A stretch of 64,000 bases of DNA from Candidatus Babeliales bacterium (GTDB lineage: Bacteria; Babelota; Babeliae; Babelales; JBFXEV01): NCBI GenBank assembly GCA_050179755.1, contig JBFXEV010000001.1, positions 1,385,994 to 1,449,993 on the forward strand, given 5' to 3'. How positions within the stretch are numbered: the first letter of the stretch is position 1; each line of letters opens with the position of its first letter. Below, in pieces: positions 60,869-64,000 of this stretch. Made by a program: the position numbers and the translations under genes. Below the pieces are notes generated by a model. The model was not told the origin of the DNA and ran no database searches. It saw only the letters and a program-made list of their open reading frames with translations.

Positions 60869-60979
60869 ATGAAAGTTTCTTCCTTAACATTTTTTCTATA
60901 ATACGTTTATATCAACGCATTCATTTTAAACTACTCCTGACCTTTTGTCAAAAAAGTGACCGGCCAGGAGCCCTAAATC

Positions 60980-61345
60980 CTATTGATCTTCAAATTTTTC
61001 CTGACAAACAAGGCATCGGGTGGCGTCAGGATAGAGCATAAGCCTTTTTTCAGGGATCGCCCCACCACAATCAGTACAATGGCCATACGTGCCCTCGTCA
61101 ATCATTGCCAAGGCCTTCCTTATGCGGTTATACTCCTCAATTTCAGCGTCTTGTAACGAAATTTTAAGGTTTTCTAAAGATAAAGACTGCACCTGATCCC
61201 CCACATCTTGGCCAAGTTCAAGACCCCCTTTATCTTCATAGAGTTGAGCAAGTTGCTCCTCAAGCTCTGCCTTGCGCTCCAAAAGCTTTTTACGTGCGGC
61301 GTTCAATTGATTTGCATCAAAAGATACCTTTTTTACTTCATTCAC
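60980..61345 (-). CDS. dksA: DksA/TraR C4 zinc-finger protein
   Basis: Coiled coil with DVGD tip; GTYGHCTDCG..I..KRL…P.ATRCLVCQ. Confidence 0.85.
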   Translation of the reverse strand: MNEVKKVSFDANQLNAARKKLLERKAELEEQLAQLYEDKGGLELGQDVGDQVQSLSLENLKISLQDAEIEEYNRIRKALAMIDEGTYGHCTDCGGAIPEKRLMLYPDATRCLVCQEKFEDQ

Positions 61346-61821
61346 TGTTCGACCTTTCTTTTATCTTGAAAGAATTGTTTTAACATGTCTGCTGCCTTCT
61401 TGCCCTCTATTCCCTCAAGCACCATAAATTCATTTTTACGGCTTACTGCTTCAAGCGTAGTTTCTTTAAGCCGAAACCCATATAATGGCGAAGCAGCTCC
61501 AAATACGAGCCCTGCCATGCGCGATAGCTGAATCAAGCTCATACACATAGTGCATGGCTCAAGTGTCACATATATTACGCAATTTATCAAACGCCACGTG
61601 CCTAGCTTTCTGCATGCCTTTTCAATGGCGATAATTTCTGCATGAGCCGTCTGACACTGCTCTTTTTCTACTTTATTATAGCCACGACCTATTACTACGC
61701 CATCTGGACTTACCACAACAGCCCCTACAGGCACTTCTTCAAAATCATATGCTTTTTGAGCCTGCTTTAAGGCCAATTTCATGTAGCGCGTGTGGTCTTG
61801 TGTGGTAAAGTTTTTTAACAT
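61342..61821 (-). CDS. tadA: tRNA adenosine deaminase
   Basis: EVPVGAVVV, TAHAEI, WRL, YVTLEPCTMC. Confidence 0.92.
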   Translation of the reverse strand: MLKNFTTQDHTRYMKLALKQAQKAYDFEEVPVGAVVVSPDGVVIGRGYNKVEKEQCQTAHAEIIAIEKACRKLGTWRLINCVIYVTLEPCTMCMSLIQLSRMAGLVFGAASPLYGFRLKETTLEAVSRKNEFMVLEGIEGKKAADMLKQFFQDKRKVEQ

Positions 61822-61894
61822 AGTATACAAATGGTAGCCCTAGAAAAATTTTGCTTTTTCAAGTATAATGTTAACGGTGAATCAATCAAGATAA

Positions 61895-64000
<2,106 letters not shown>

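Overview
AT-rich bacterial chromosomal window, most likely from an intracellular parasite of protists. The ATP/ADP translocase, many ankyrin genes, signal-peptide orphan proteins and a mitochondrial-carrier remnant point to Dependentiae/TM6 (Babeliales); this is inference, not a database hit. The housekeeping backbone is xerC, mrdA, rpsT, rpmB, ftsH, tolQRAB, cca, dsbD, hpf, der, dnaX, ffs, tRNA-Ser, rpsB, ntt, lon, cmk, recJ, lysS, sod, ftsB, ctpA, glmS, rpsI, dksA, tadA and partial gyrB. It is interrupted by an accessory region of about 19 kb (8.4-27.9 kb) and by a tnpB-only IS200/IS605 element with resolvable ends. Most notable observations: (1) a two-gene unit of a secreted peptide with a Cys/Gly tail (…CDLEGCNGCGGGD) and a membrane-anchored GRDP/DUF1399-like protein, separated by a hairpin, which is a candidate new RiPP-like system; (2) two co-oriented clusters of signal-less, capped, DARPin-like ankyrin genes interleaved with immunity-like genes, with signs of module exchange; (3) an FtsH with two intact AAA+ domains in tandem; (4) a leader-peptide attenuator upstream of a decayed SLC25-like carrier gene; (5) a family of GC-rich palindromic repeats, one of them inside the xerC reading frame. 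Family assignments come from motif recognition by eye, and some start codons were adjusted by RBS inspection.
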